From positions 21,886,001-21,950,000 of the forward strand of contig NC_043020.1 in NCBI RefSeq assembly GCF_006345805.1: DNA of 64,000 bases, read 5' to 3'. Of the stretch, positions 12,706 to 27,146 are shown piece by piece. Position 1 is the stretch's first letter, and the number at the start of each line of letters is the position of its first letter. Origin of the DNA: Octopus sinensis. Lineage: Eukaryota. The notes beneath the pieces were generated by a model. The model was given only the letters and a program-made list of their open reading frames with translations, searched no databases and was not told the origin of the DNA. Position numbers and translations under genes: made by a program.

Positions 12706-13060
12706 TCCAGCAAAATTTAGATTCAGATGAATATGGTACTTAAGTTAAAGGCACCAGAATTTGGTATGGTATTATCCATATAAATCAAATGGGGTGATTA
12801 TAATCAAAAGAAGCAACAAGGATATCCAAGGTAGTGTAGTACAATCGTTTCATGCTACTTCATTTTATTAAACACTGAAAGTATTACATCAGTTTTAAAA
12901 TGTCGAGCAATCTTCAACCACATATAGAATTTTTTTTAATTAAATGGACAATGTACATTTTTATACTTATTTCATTTGCCAACATTACGAAGAGGGTAGA
13001 TATCTAGACAGAGAGGTTAATTTCATCATTAAGTACATGGTAGTAGAATGTCCTTCTCCA
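12706..13060. repeat. Unclassified interspersed repeat (other copies about 60660-60900 and inverted about 63690-63985)
   Basis: tttagattcag.tgaatatggtacttaagttaaag...ggatatccaa.ggta shared. Confidence 0.75.
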
Positions 13061-13084
13061 TCTGTAGATTTTTTACACGCCGGG

Positions 13085-13600
13085 TGAAATGCTTGGCTGT
13101 ATTTCGTCTAGCGCTACGTTCTGAGTTCAAATTCAGCCGAGGTCGACTTTGCCTTTCATCCTTTCGGGGTCGATTAAATAAGTACCAGTTACGCACTGGG
13201 GTCAATATAATCGACTTAATCCGTTTGTCCTCACTGTGTCTAGCCCCTTGTGGATAATAAAGAAATAGGTATTTTGTTTCCCGGTACGTTCTGAGATCAA
13301 ATTCCGCCGGGGTCGACTTTGCCTCTCATCCTTTCGGGGTCGATAAATTAAGTACCAGTTGTGCACTGGGGTCGATGTAATCGACTTGATCCGTTTGTCT
13401 GTCCTTGTTTGTACCCTCTGTGTTTAGCCCCTTGTGGGTAGTAAAGAAATAGGTACGTTCTGAGTTCAAATTCCGCCGACGTCGACTTTGCCTTTCATCC
13501 TTTCGGGGTCGATTAAATAATTACCAGTTACGCACTGGGGTCGATGTAATCTTGTTTGTCCCCTCTATGTTTAGCCCCCTGTGGGCAATAAAGAAATAAT
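13085..13600. repeat. SINE-like repeat in three tandem partial copies (inverted copies at about 45850-46660 and 55430-55565)
   Basis: ttctgagttcaaattccgccgaggtcgactttgcctttcatcctttcggggtcga occurs three times. Confidence 0.8.
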
Positions 13601-14458
13601 TATAAAAGCCTTTATTAGATTAAACATAACATCATCGAAACATGAAGATAAAACAAAACAAATAGCGGCTTATACACCGGAAAATATTGTAATTGTAGTG
13701 ATAGTGACAAGTTCGCTCACTGGTTGCTAGTTGATGGTGTATAAGGGAGGGGAAGAGTAAGGAATGCACGGTGCTGACTAGAAAGGAAGGAGGGATAAAG
13801 GTGACGAATAGAATAGAGTGGGGACATTTAGTAGAGGTGATCCAGAAGTTGTTCCTCTTCGATTACTATCGCAAACAGCAGTAGCTTTCATCAACCGAAT
13901 ACACGTCGTTGATTGGTTGAAATTACCTAAAAGTACGACAACACGAAATAACGTCTCAAATAGGAAATTTTGTCAAAAACGTTCAAAGTTAAACTGTGTT
14001 CAACGTGGGACATTACTTTCTCGAGTCTTAGGACTCATAGGACCGGCTACCCGGTTTCCATGGCATGTAAGTGACCGGGATTTCAACATTCTTTCTGAAT
14101 GGGTCACAAGTCAATCGCAGGGTTACTCATTTACAGCTGAGTGGACGGGACCAACCTGAAATGAAGTGTTTTATTCAACCGTACAACGTCCCGCCCGGTC
14201 CGAGAAAACAACCTATATTTTTTGATTCTGATTTCGCATACCTAAAATTGCAGGGAATTTTAACAAAGAAAACAATAAAGCCACTACTACCTCTACCAAC
14301 AACGACAACAAAAACAATAACAATAACAGCGGCAACAATAGCAAGAACACATCTTTCGCCAGAATTACTCAAAAGCGATGGGTGGAATGCACTTTCGACT
14401 GTGATTTAGGGAAAGATTTCAGAAGGTGCCTGATCTTTTACCAGCAAGCGAAAAAGGT

Positions 14459-14497
<39 letters not shown>

Positions 14498-14639
14498 CTC
14501 TTTCTTTCTTTCTTTCTTTCTCTCTTTCTTTCTTTCTTTCTTTTTTCTTTCCCTTTCTTTCTTTCTTTCTTTCTTTCTTTTTTTTTTCTTTCTTTCTCTC
14601 TCTCTCACACACACACGAACATACACACACACAAGCACA

Positions 14640-14990
14640 CACATACACCCCCCCACAAAATTTGTGATCTATAGACGTCTTAACAAGAAGACTAGAAGAA
14701 GTGAAAATTAGATCCCACCACAGACTGAAAATTACCTGAAAGATGTCTGGGGTTCGATTTGGCACGTATGGAGCTTGGATCTCCTGTAGCAATATACCAT
14801 AGCGAGAAGAAGGCAAAGACGATGACTTTACGCACATTCTCCACATAAGAACATATTTTAATTCCATCCTATCCAGGGAGAAAAGTGAAGAAAGTGTAGT
14901 GGGTGTGTGCGATTTGAATATAGAGGCACCTACCTTCTCTTCGTGGTGACGGAGATCCTCCAGAGATGGCTGCTCCTTCCTCACAGCCCT
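14640..14990 (-). pseudogene. Possible LINE ORF1-like remnant
   Basis: Non-repetitive N-terminal part of ORF 14406..14984 looks protein-like; family not recognised with certainty. Confidence 0.25.
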
Positions 14991-16269
14991 ACCCGAACAC
15001 TAACAATAGCAGCTGCTAGCCCCAAACCCTTTAGCGACTTACTCGCACGTCTTGTCGCCAGCACGACCCACGTTGGAAAGGTCAACTTCCGCCCCCTGCG
15101 CGCGCTTGACGGCTGACCCCTTCCGCTTGCCCCAGCTTCCGGTCAACGCACCCCGCTGGCTGACGTCCGGCTGCTGAAGTCATCCCACAGAAAGTTACAT
15201 TTATGAACGTCTCCAGAACTTAACACCCTGTTTTTCGAGACTATACTGGATGAATATTGTTATATACTCACATGAAATTTATCTCGAAGGAAAACTGGTG
15301 GTAATCATAGTGAAAGTGGAAATGCTGCAGAAAACTTCAACAAGAATCCCTAATATGATTTATATGGAGGACGTGGAGCTTATATGAGTAGTGGTAGAGG
15401 GAAGAAAGGCAGAATGTTATGCCTGTGGGAGCACCACCCACCGAGAGACTTTCTACCCTCAGTTAAGGAAGGCCAAGCCATTTCTGTTGCCAACACCATC
15501 TAGAGCAGTAGAGGACACTTACACCAAAACCAAGACAGCGAAAAAGTTTGCTCACTGCTTCCACGTAAAAGTAAGCTCCACCCAAACTCCCTGCTCTCTA
15601 AACCACCACATCACCACCACCATTACCAACAACAACGACTCACGTACCACAAGTTTCGACCATCTCGCACCGATTCCTAAGGGAATGACATACTGAAAGA
15701 AAAACGGGCCGAAAATGGTCAATAGTCTCCGATAGAGGAAAGTGAAAGAGGAGAAGAGTACAGAGCCGCAAGGATACCACAACAACAACAAACACAGAAA
15801 CCACAATTACAGCCCATTTCACAATCACTCCAATAGCAACAGCATCAACAGTAATATCAACAGCATCATCATCATCAACAACAAGAAAATACACAAACAC
15901 AATAACAACCAAAACTTAAACTCAAAAACAAAGCAAACTACACAAAAAGTATCCATCAACTTCATTGTTGTAAATACTCAAATCATAAAAACAAAATTAA
16001 GAAAGAGGCAAGATTTTGAAGATTTAATCCGCAAAAAAAAATAAATAAAAAATAACGAAGGACAGATTACTAATAAAACCGTTATCAGACGTGTACAAAA
16101 CAATTTGGGGAAAATTCTCGGCTACTGTGGAAATTTTAAAAAAGACTAAATGCAAAACACTTTTTAAGAGCCTTTTTAGAAAACTTTCGCCCCAATTAAA
16201 GTGAGTGATCTCTCCTTTCTCTCTCCAACAAATATGGTTGTTGCTGTGTGTGTGCTGTGTGAATGTGTG

Positions 16270-16765
16270 TCACCTGGGCTTAGCTTAGAAACATGGTCAC
16301 TTGTTCAACGACCTCAGTTCGCTCGACATACTTATAGTGGTACTCAGCGCTGGACTAATCATTAAGCAAAATAAGCACGTTCTTAGGGTATCAGGGAAAG
16401 GAGGGGGCACCACAGAAATGGTAAATTGTTTACGGCACAAAAGAAATCACTTTAAACTTGCTGAAATGATATTCGGGATGCCTTTATCTCTATTAAATAT
16501 AGATGCAGATGTGTTACCTAAGATTAATTTTGAGGATTTAATCAAAGACTTTGCAATTCAAAAAAGTAGGAGGAAACTTTTCAAATATAAATAAAGTGGA
16601 AGTATACAAAAACATTATTTTTCCGCTTACTGTTTTGCTTCGTTTTGAAAAATAAAAATTTATTTTATGGTTTATTATTGTTTATATTTTGAATTACATA
16701 ATCTTTTAAGGGGGCACCAAAATCTTTTAAGTGCTTAGGGCCTCAATGGGTCTTAATCTGGCACG
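16270..16765 (+). mobile_element. hAT transposon 3' remnant (dimerisation domain plus 3' end)
   Basis: LSLLNIDADVLPKINFEDLIKDFAIQKSRRKLF; 3' subterminal ttagggcctc...cttaatctggcac. Confidence 0.65.
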
Positions 16766-17400
16766 GATGGTACCCATCAGCGAGACGTGGCTTTCTGATG
16801 CGCAAGCATTGGCGCTTATTTTTGACGACTATGAGATATTCTCATCTTATAGTCTGTCAGGATCGGGCGGCAAGGTAGCAGTGCTATTACGGACATTCTT
16901 AGAGCTTAAAGTACGGGCAATCTTTATGGTTCTTGACGGTAAGTTGGTGTTCCAGGACGTGAACGGCAACGATCTCCACAGAAGCTATGAAATATTCCTG
17001 GGAAAATCTCGCTCTTTAGTACTAGTGGTGGTGGTGGGGGGGGGGGCTCTGAGATTGTATTTTGGATGCACGGAACGACTTGTCACATTGCAGAAAATCT
17101 GCTCAGGAACTTCCAATTGCCTAATAGGTACCAACTTGATTTTCCTGATGTGAGAGAGTAGACATGTAGCAACCACAGTGGGTTATCTAGATCGTATCTA
17201 GATGGAGTATTTATTAGGTCAGCGGATAGAGATAATGTAGGATGTTTACATTTCGAACTGGTCGGGTACACAGACCGGAAATTTGTGATCTGCTCGGTCA
17301 ATTTAGACAGTGGCCCGATTGCTAAAGGCTGAACGCGTCCTTACTAGCACACAAAGACTATAGAGACCGGTAGCAGTTGACGGGGGGGGGATCCCCAACA
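16766..17400 (+). pseudogene. L1/Tx1-like APE endonuclease remnant
   Basis: ISETWL...SGSGGKVAVLLR...DGKLV motifs, frameshifted. Confidence 0.55.
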
Positions 17401-17694
17401 ACCGGTGATGGGTCATCCTGAAGAGGGCGATTCGAGTAGAATTGATAACGTTTCTTTTATATTTTACTCGTTTCAGTCATTAGACTGCAGCCATGCTGGG
17501 GTACCGCCTTGAAGAATCTTAGTTGAACGAATAGACCTTAATATTTAGTTTTATTTTAAAGCCTGGTACATAGTCTATTTATCTCGTTTACCGAACCACT
17601 AAGTTATGGGCTCGTAAACAAACCAACCTCGGTTGTCAAGCAGTGGTGTGGGACAAACACACATGCGCGCGCCCACATACACACACACACAGAA

Positions 17695-17910
17695 ATGCGT
17701 CGACAAAAATCGAGGAGAAAAATCCGAGATGGTACTGTTTTGTTTGAAGATAATAAACAGAAACATGCACTGATAAAAAGAGAAACAAGAAAGGGTTTGC
17801 TAGTGGTCAATGATCCTTCCCTGCTAGTGGTCAATGATCCTTCCCTGCTAACTTGCGATACTTGCAACGGTATTTGTCTCTCCCAAGCTGGACTAGTTAA
17901 TCATAAGCGT
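17695..17910 (+). pseudogene. RTE-type LINE 3' end remnant
   Basis: FEDNKQKHALIKRETRK...CDTCNGICLSQAGLVNHKR. Confidence 0.55.
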
Positions 17911-19149
17911 AAGTACTTATTTAGGTCTCCTACAGATTTTTCACAGTTACAACCAATCTATTACCTGTTGAATTATCTTTCACTGTTTGCAATAAAAGCT
18001 GTAGAAGTAAATCTGGGTTGAGAAGGCTCATGAAATATCACAATAACAATTTGCAACAGTCTTCACTACAAAATCAAGCTTTTCCATTTTGTGGGAAAAT
18101 TTGTAAATCTCTTGCTGAACAAAAGAACCATTTTCGGTTACATAACACATAGACTATCTTGATCAACTTCTAGTAATTTTAAACTGTAAATATTTGACTC
18201 TATATTACTGAAATGTGCGATTATTGTCAGTGGTGATGTTGAGAAAAGCCATACTCGATTAATGAGTCGATAGTCATCATCATCATCTATCGGTATGTAC
18301 ATATATATATATATATATATGACGAGCTTTTTTCCATTCCATCAAATCCACTTAAAAGGCTATAATTGAAGACACTGGCCAAAATTGTCACACAATGGGA
18401 CCGAACCCGGAACCATGTCGTCAGAAAGCAAACTTCTTACCACACAGCTACGCATGTATACTTCTCTTATTTTCACTGTATACCGTTTGTTTCATTCAAA
18501 GTAAACCCAGCCACCATCACACTTTATTTCTGTCTTTGTGTTGTCCACCTTATCCGTCGGCAAATAAAAGAAATCATCATCTTCGTCGTCGTCGTTGTTG
18601 TTATTGTTGTTACTATTATTATTATTATAATGGTCATTAATAATGATTGCATTAGTATCATTAGTTGTCAGTCAATCTCAGATTCATTTTTACCGGCTCA
18701 AGAACGTACTTTCAAAGTAATAATACTTATTTGAGTTAGCCATTGTTCATTTTGCTACCAGTTCAAACAAGTCAGAGAACAGGCAGTATTATGCTTTCGT
18801 TAACAATATCTTTCGCTTTGGCTTAACAATGGCTCCCAGTAGATATAGTTAATGTCCTATAAACACAAACGAGTGCGGTCGGTACAGATACCGGTTGCCG
18901 ATTCCAGTTTGTCGAAATGTTTCAAGGTCAACATTTAAGTTTGTGTGTTCGTAGTGGACAACAATAAGTGCCTGAAGATACTATGGTTCTGCAATAAAGA
19001 AGGAGAAAAAATGATGTCTGAATTGTTTTGAATATTGATGTTAACAAAACTAGTTCTTTTTTAGTGCAATGATTCTTAAGGAGGTGAGTGTTGTGAGGTT
19101 TGAAAAAAGGACGAACAAATTGCGGTGTTTTTAATAACACTAACTTGGT

Positions 19150-19310
19150 CCTTTTATCTTTTACTTGTTTCAGTCATTAGACTGCGGCCATGCTAGGTCA
19201 CCGCTTTGAAGAATTTTTAGTCGGATGAATCGACCTCAGTACTTTTTAAAGCCTGACACTTATTCTATCGTTCTCTTTTGCCAAACCGCTCGTCAAGCGG
19301 AGGGCACACG

Positions 19311-19384
<74 letters not shown>

Positions 19385-19545
19385 TATACATGTCTCTGGT
19401 TTCTTTCAGTTTCCGTCTACCAAATCCACTCAGGGCTGGTGCGAAGCCATAGTAGAAGACACTTGCTCAAGCTTACTACGCAGTGGGACTGAACTCGGAA
19501 ACCTGTGGTTGGTAAGCAAGCTTCTTACTACACAGCTACGCCTGT
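19150..19545 (-). mobile_element. tRNA-head SINE with internal (CA)n
   Basis: Same head and tail as the 6288 and 61310 copies. Confidence 0.75.
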
Positions 19546-20845
19546 CTGTGACTGTAACACAACCATCGCTTCACAACCGATGTTGATGTGTGTATGTCCC
19601 CGTAACTTCGCAGTTTGGCAAAAGAGTTCGATAGAATAAGTACTGGACTTACAATGAATAAATCCTGGGGTCGAGTTCTTCAACTAAAACCTTTTAAGGC
19701 AGTGCTTCCAGTATAGTCGCAGTCTAATGATTGAAGCAAAAAAAAATTATATATATATATATAAATATATATACTAGCTGAAGGTGACCCGCTCTACGCG
19801 CGGGTAAGATCGTGGTTGTTACTTTCTGTTGCTTCCTTTTAGCATGTAAAAAGCACCATCCGAACGTGGCCGATTGCAGCGCCGCCTTGACTGGCTTCTG
19901 TGCTGGTGGCACGTAAAAAGCACCAACCGATCGTGGCCGCTGCCAGCCCCCTGGCACCTGTGCCGGCGGAACGAAAAAAGCACCCACTACGCTCACAGAG
20001 TGGTTGGCGTTAGGAAGGCATCCACCTGTAGAAACAATGCTAGATCAGACTGGAGCCTGGTGTAGCCTCCTGGCTTCCCAGACCCCGGTCAAACTGTCCA
20101 ACCCATGCTAGCACGGAAAACGGACGTTAAACGATGACGATGATGATGATGATGATTCTCCCTCTTTGTTTCTCTCTCCTTTCTCTCTCACTTTCCTACT
20201 CTCTTACTCTTCCTTTCTCTCGGACTCTCCCTCGCTTTCTCTTACTCTCTATCTTTATCTATCTCTCTCCCATTTATAAACAACAAAAGATCTTGAGTAA
20301 GTTGAGAAATAAAATATTTAGAAAGATCGATCATAAATATCAGGCAGTAACAACGGAAAGGTCTGCTTCAAGGCAGACAGCAAAACGCTAACATTTAAAA
20401 GGGACAGACGAACTTGCGAGCTGAATAAAAATAATAAAATATTGGAAAGCAAAGTTTGAAGGGGTATAATATGAGGATAGTAGAGTCACCATGGCTGGCA
20501 TTTCTTAACGACGGACAGCAACGTATTGACAGTTCAACGGCTGGCGTAAAATTTTGAACTTGATGTAAAATAAAATTCGTAAACACCAAGTTTTGAAGTG
20601 ATTCTTTCTCACGACAGTAGACTCACCATGGCAAGCATTCAAAACTTCTTCATCGTGGACGGCAACACATTGACGATTAAAAGGCTGGCGCAAATTTTTT
20701 AGCTTGATGTAACAGAGAATTGCTAAACACCCGCTCCTTTAAATTTTAATCCCCTTCCAACCCCATTTAGACCCCTTTTCACATTTTGGTTAATATAACC
20801 CGATTTCATTTGGGTCTACTGGGGCCACATTTTATAAGATGAGGA

Positions 20846-21058
20846 CTCAACCAAGTTTCCCGAGTTCTGGTCATAAACCATAGGACACTCAACCAAGTTT
20901 CCTGATTTCTGGTCATAGACCATAGAACAGTCAAGCAAGTTTCCCGAGTTCTGGTCATAGACCATAGAACAGTCAAGCAAGTTTCCCAAGTTCTGGTCGT
21001 AGACCATAGAACACTCAACCAAGTTTCCCGAGTTCTGGTCATAGACCATAGAACACTT
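20846..21058. repeat. 42-bp minisatellite, five copies
   Basis: ctcaaccaagtttcccgagttctggtcatagaccatagaaca period 42. Confidence 0.92.
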
Positions 21059-23932
21059 AGCTAAAATCTAGCTTCTACCTAGTCTGAACCAATCAATCCG
21101 CCGCAGTCTTCATCCACACAGAGCTTACTCAACCATGTTCCAGTTCCAGCGACAGACGACCAGACCAGCCAGTCATGCTCCTGCTCCAGCCAATGACGAC
21201 GCTAACATACACCAGCAACGCCACCGACGCCTTCATCTCAACGTCGCCTTTCTCTGTCGTCGTCGTCATCACCATCGTCGTCCTTCACCTTCACGTCGTC
21301 TCCATCTCCGTCGCCTTCATATCCAGCAACACTAATATGTACATAGCACTCATTCAGGTTTAGCTTTCACGCTGTTATGATTTTCACCGAGGTTAACAGC
21401 ACAGCACTACCTGCGAGATCATCTGTACCAATGTAACCTGGCACAGCATTGAAGCCACAACCGCTACACGACATGTGTTCAACCGGCATCTGCACTTGTG
21501 ATCCGAACATCCTGTTACAGAACGAACTGCTATTATGTACTTTGCTACGAACTGGTAAATGAACTCCATCTTGTCTGAAATACCCTGAGAGACTTTTCCT
21601 ATGCGCTGTATTTTGTTTTGTCCGCATACACCTTGTTTGTACTTCTGTCGCACACACGAACACACATAGTTAATACACACACAAATGCTATCTCTGTCAC
21701 ATTCATACGCCACACATGCCTTTCTCGCTTGTTTTCCATGCTCAATGTGCCCTTGTAAACACAACTCATCTCTGTAAGACCCTAGGTTGGTCACGCATAC
21801 ATAGAGAAAGTTGTTTGTCCTTTACAACGCGCCAGCATGCCACACTTTTGTTCCTGCACGACCGAGGCATATAATAGCTCAAGCACTGGCTGGCAGCCTC
21901 AGCCTTACTGCATTAATCACTGGCATATTCAATACTGTACACTGTATTTCAGCCTAGCAAGCCCTATTGCACTCATGCACCTCTGTTCTGCACGTGTACT
22001 CCCTTGTTTTGCAACACGTCTGCGTCAGCTCAATTCTTCTCCCGACTCAAAGCACGTCGGATGTTCACATGCGCTGCGCTCATGTTTAGGCATAATTTCC
22101 CCCTGTTAGACCCCTGTTGGTCACGTAATTAACAGAGAAAATTATCTGTCTCGCACCCAAGTTGCACCCAAAAAGTGTAAAGAAGCAACCAGTTCCCTTT
22201 ACGTAACTATCAAAAAGTATTAAAAAGTTTAATATACATTAATACAGATATATACCCTTTGTATATATACATTATATATACATATTTATATATAGAACAC
22301 ACACACACACACATATATAAACGCTCGTTGGTGTGTTCTGTTTGTATTTGGTCGATCGGCGCGTTGACAGGTAGACAATAGAATGCGATGGCGATGGCGA
22401 TGGAATATTTGTTTCTCTCTATGAATGCAGACAGATACATAAGTGAAAGTTATGGTAAGGTAAGAAATAGAGTGAGTGAAAATAGCGACAGTAAGTTGAG
22501 GAAGACAGATACATTAAATAACGGGAATGGACTTGTCAAAGTTATAAATGAAGGGGAGTTAGAGGGGAATGGATGAAATAGCGTGAGTGAGGAAGATGGC
22601 CCCTAGCAACCACACCTTTTAAGATAGAGATTTCTAAGGTAGCCCACGGGCATCGTCACCTCATTTTACATGTCCCTGTATGGAGCGAATCGGACGGGAT
22701 GTAGTGGCATTGAAAGCAAGCCAAGCGGTAAAAACGCGTTTCAGTTTTATATATAGAGACTAGCTGAAGGTGACCCGCTCTACGCGCGGGTAAGAGTGTG
22801 GTTGTTACTTTCTGTTGCTTCCTATCAGCACGTAAAAAGCACCATCCGAACGTGGCCGATTGCAGCGCCGCCTTGACTGGCTTCTGTGCTGGTGGCACGT
22901 AAAAAGCACCAACCGATCGTGGCCACAGCGAGCCCCCCTGGCACCTGTGCCGGCGGCACGAAAAAAGCACCCACTACACTCACAGAGTGGTTGGCGTTAG
23001 GAAGGTCATCCACCTGTAGAAACACTGCCAGATCAGACTGGAGCCTGGTGTAGCCTCCTGGCTTCCCAGACCCCGGTCACACTGTCCAACCCATGCTAGC
23101 ACGGAAAACGGACGTTAAACGATGATAATGATGATGATTCTCCCTCTTTGTTTCTCTCTCCTTTCTTTCTCACTTTCCTACTCTCTTACTTTTCTTTTTT
23201 CTCGGACTCTCCCTCGCTTTCTCTTACTCTCTATCTTTATCTATCTCTCTCCCATTTATAAACAACAAAAGATCTTGAGTAAGTTGAGAAATAAAATATT
23301 TAGAAAGATCGATCATAAATATCAGGCAGTAACAACGGAAAGGTCTGCTTCAAGGCAGACAGCAAAACGCTAACATTTAAAAGGGACAGACGAACTTGCG
23401 AGCTGAATAAAAATAATAAAATATTGGAAAGCAAAGTTTGAAGGGGTATAATATGAGGATAGTAGAGTCACCATGGCTGGCATTTCTTAACGACGGACAG
23501 CAACGTATTGACAGTTCAACGGCTGGCGTAAAATTTTGAACTTGATGTAAAATAAAATTCGTAAACACCAAGTTTTGAAGTGATTCTTTCTCACGACAGT
23601 AGACTCACCATGGCAAGCATTCAAAACTTCTTTATCATGGACGGCAACACATTGACGATTAAAAGCCTGGCGCAAATTTTTTAGCTTGATGTAACAGAGA
23701 ATTCCTAAACACCCGCTCCTTTAAATTTTAATCCCCTTCCAGCCCCATTTAGACCCCTTTTCACATTTTGGTTAATATAACCCGATTTCATTCGGGTTTA
23801 CTGGGGCCACATTTTATAAGATGAGGAAAAAAATAGTTGTCATGCAAACTTGCCAGCACTTTTAACATAGGTGTGCATATTTTCAGCTGAATCGACCGAC
23901 TACGTAATGCACACATTATATATATATATGAG

Positions 23933-23966
<34 letters not shown>

Positions 23967-25944
23967 CACGCATTATATATACAAATGTATACAAATGAGA
24001 TATATATCTGTATAAATTAAATTAGAGATAAAACCACTAATAGGCAAATCAAACAGTGAAAAACCAAAAACAAAAACATTAAAAAATATATAATATAGAA
24101 AATATAGAAAATATAAAATTGAAAAATTTAAATGATTTAAAATGAAAATAAAAATTATTAACTTCTATTTATAATTTGTTTAAAAATATATATAACTATG
24201 AAAAAGTATGAAAAAGTTTAATATACATAAATACAGATATATACACTTTGTATATATACATATTTATATATAGAACACACACACACACACACACATACAT
24301 TATATATACATATTTATATATAGAACACACACACACACACATACATTATATATACATATTTATATATAGAACACACACACACACACACACACATATAAAT
24401 GAACGCAAGAATATCTGATTCATAATATTTGTTCTCATGCTTGTGTGTTGTTGATGACAGACAGATACTTAAAAGAACGCCGCCGAAGTGATGGGAAGGT
24501 AGGAAAAAGAGTCAGTGAAAAAGAGAGGAAATAGCGAGAGTGACAGATCCTTTAAATAACGGTAGTGGACCTGTGAAAGTTATATATAAAGAGGAGTGAG
24601 AGGGTATTGGAGGAAATAGCGTGAGTGAGGAAGATGGCCCCTAGCAACCACACCTTTTAAGATAGGGATTTCTAAGGTAGCCCACGAGCATCGTCACCTC
24701 ATTCTACATGTCCCTGTAAATTTTGGTGCGAATCGGACGGGATGTAGTGGCATTGAAAGCGAGCCAAGCGGTAAAAACGCATTTCAGTTTTATATATAGA
24801 GACTAGCTGAAGGTGACCCGCTCTACGCGCGGGTAAGAGTGTGGTTGTTACTTTCTGTTGCTTCCTATCAGCACGTAAAAAGCACCATCCGAACGTGGCC
24901 GATTGCAGCGCCGCCTTGACTTGCTTCTGTGCCAGTGGCACGTAAAAAGCAACAACCGATCGTTGTCGCTGCGAGCCCCCCTGGAACCTGTGCCTGCGGC
25001 ACGAAAAAAGCACCCACTACACTCACAGAGTGGTTGGCGTTAGGAAGGTCATCCACCTGTAGAAACACTGCCAGATCAGACTGGAGCCTGGTGTAGCCTC
25101 CTGGCTTCCCAGACCCCGGTCAAACTGTCCAACCCATGCTAGCACGGAAAACGGACGTTAAACGATGATGATGATGATGATGATTCTCCCTCTTTGTTTC
25201 TCTCTCCTTTCTCTCTCACTTTCCCACTATCTTACTTTTCTTTTTTCTCGGACTCTCCCTCGCTTTCTCTTACTCTCTATCTTTATCTATCTCTCTCCCA
25301 TTTATAAACAACAAAAGATCTTGAGTAAGTTGAGAAATAAAATATTTAGAAAGATCAATCATAAATATCAGGCAGTGGCAACGGAAAGGTCTGCTTCAAA
25401 GCAGACAGCAAAACGCTAACATTTAAAAGGGACAGACGAACTCGCGAGCTGAATAAAAATAATAAAATATTGGAAAGCAAAGTTTGAAGGGATAGAATCT
25501 GAGGATAGTAGAGTCACCATGACTGGCATTTCTTAACGACGGACAGCAACGTATTGACAGTTTAACGGCTGGCGTAAAATTTTGAACTTGATGTAAAATA
25601 AAATTCGTAAACACCAAGTTTTGAAGTGATACTTTCTCACGACAGTAGACTCACCATGGCAAGCATTCATAACTTCTTTATCATGGACGGCAACACATTG
25701 AAGATTAAAAGGCTGGCGCAAATTTTTTAGCTTGATGTAACAGAATTCCTAAACACTCGCTCCTTTAAATTTTAATCCCCTTCCAGCCCCATTTATACCC
25801 CTTTTCACCTTTTGGTTAATATAACCCGATTTCATTCGGGTCTACTGGGGCCACATTTTATAAGATGATGAATTTTGTCCTAGAGGTCACGCCTTTCATT
25901 TGAGGAAAAAAATAGTTGTCATGCAAACTTGCCAGCACTTTTAA

Positions 25945-27004
25945 CCCTTTCGTTACCAAACCGTCCAAAGCCGCCGGAAAAAAATTTTGGTTAATGTGAC
26001 CAAATCGCCCAAACCCGCCCGTATCAGAGCAAATCTCTTTATTACATTCGTGAAAATAGGTGATTATACTTCGTAAACAGTTCATCTACAGTCTTGTACA
26101 ACAATCGAAGTGTAATTTTAATTCCGTGAATTTTGAGAGATTTTTTTTCCAAAATTTGTTCCTATTGTGTTTTCAAACTTTGTAATTCTGACAAAAAATG
26201 GATACGAATTTCATCATATCAAGCAGCGAGTCAGAATTCGAAGGATTTTCTACTGAAGACCTTGATAAATCTAACTCTATGACTGAAAAAAAAAGCACGT
26301 GGTATTTGATAATGAATCTGATGTTTCATTTTCCGAAAGTGAAAACAGTGAATCCGAGAGCTCCGACAGCGATAAAGAAAATGAATTGGCACCTGAATGG
26401 CGTGAAAATTTAAAAACTGTTTCTTTCGGTGACATTTCTGAAGAAACTGGACCAAGCCACAGACTTTCCCAGGAGAGTAAAGCCTTAAACTATTTCTTTT
26501 TACTTTTTCGAATGTGCCTATTTGAAATCATTACGGCGGAAACGAACCGTTACGCTAAATGTAAACAAAGCGAAAGAAAGGATAGTTAGTGGTTTCCCAC
26601 AACCTTAAATGAAATTAAGACTATTTTGCCATAGATATTATTATGGGTATCAGAAAGTTACTCAGAATAACAAATTCTATCGTAAAATTTTGTTGTATAC
26701 TCAATTGAATATTAGCTAATAACCCATTTTCTATAGCGATGTTTGAACAAAATTTTTATAATTTTATATTTTGTTGAATTTACCTGTATCTACCTGCAAT
26801 TAGGGTCACTTTGTGACAAAAATTATAGTATAGAATTGGTTGAGAACATTTCATTCAATTATCTTCCAAAAATCACATTAATATATTGATAAATAAAAAA
26901 AGTTATAGTTGTTTAATGAAACCAGACTAACTTTATGATTATGTTAGAAATTAATTGAAACACATAAGGGGTGTATTTTGGTCAGAAATATAGTAACGAA
27001 AGGG
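25945..27004 (+). mobile_element. Internally deleted piggyBac element
   Basis: TTAA|CCCTTTCGTTAC...GTAACGAAAGGG|TTCA; acidic N-terminus plus LNYFFLLF..LFEIITAETNRYA (PGBD-like); empty site in Helitron unit 2. Confidence 0.85.
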
Positions 27005-27069
27005 TTCACAGGTGTGCATATTTTCAGCTGAACCGACCTACCACATAATGCACACATTATATATATATA

Positions 27070-27146
<77 letters not shown>

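Noticed and set aside
20846-21058. CRISPR-like array
   Set aside because: Contiguous repeats without unique spacers; eukaryotic context
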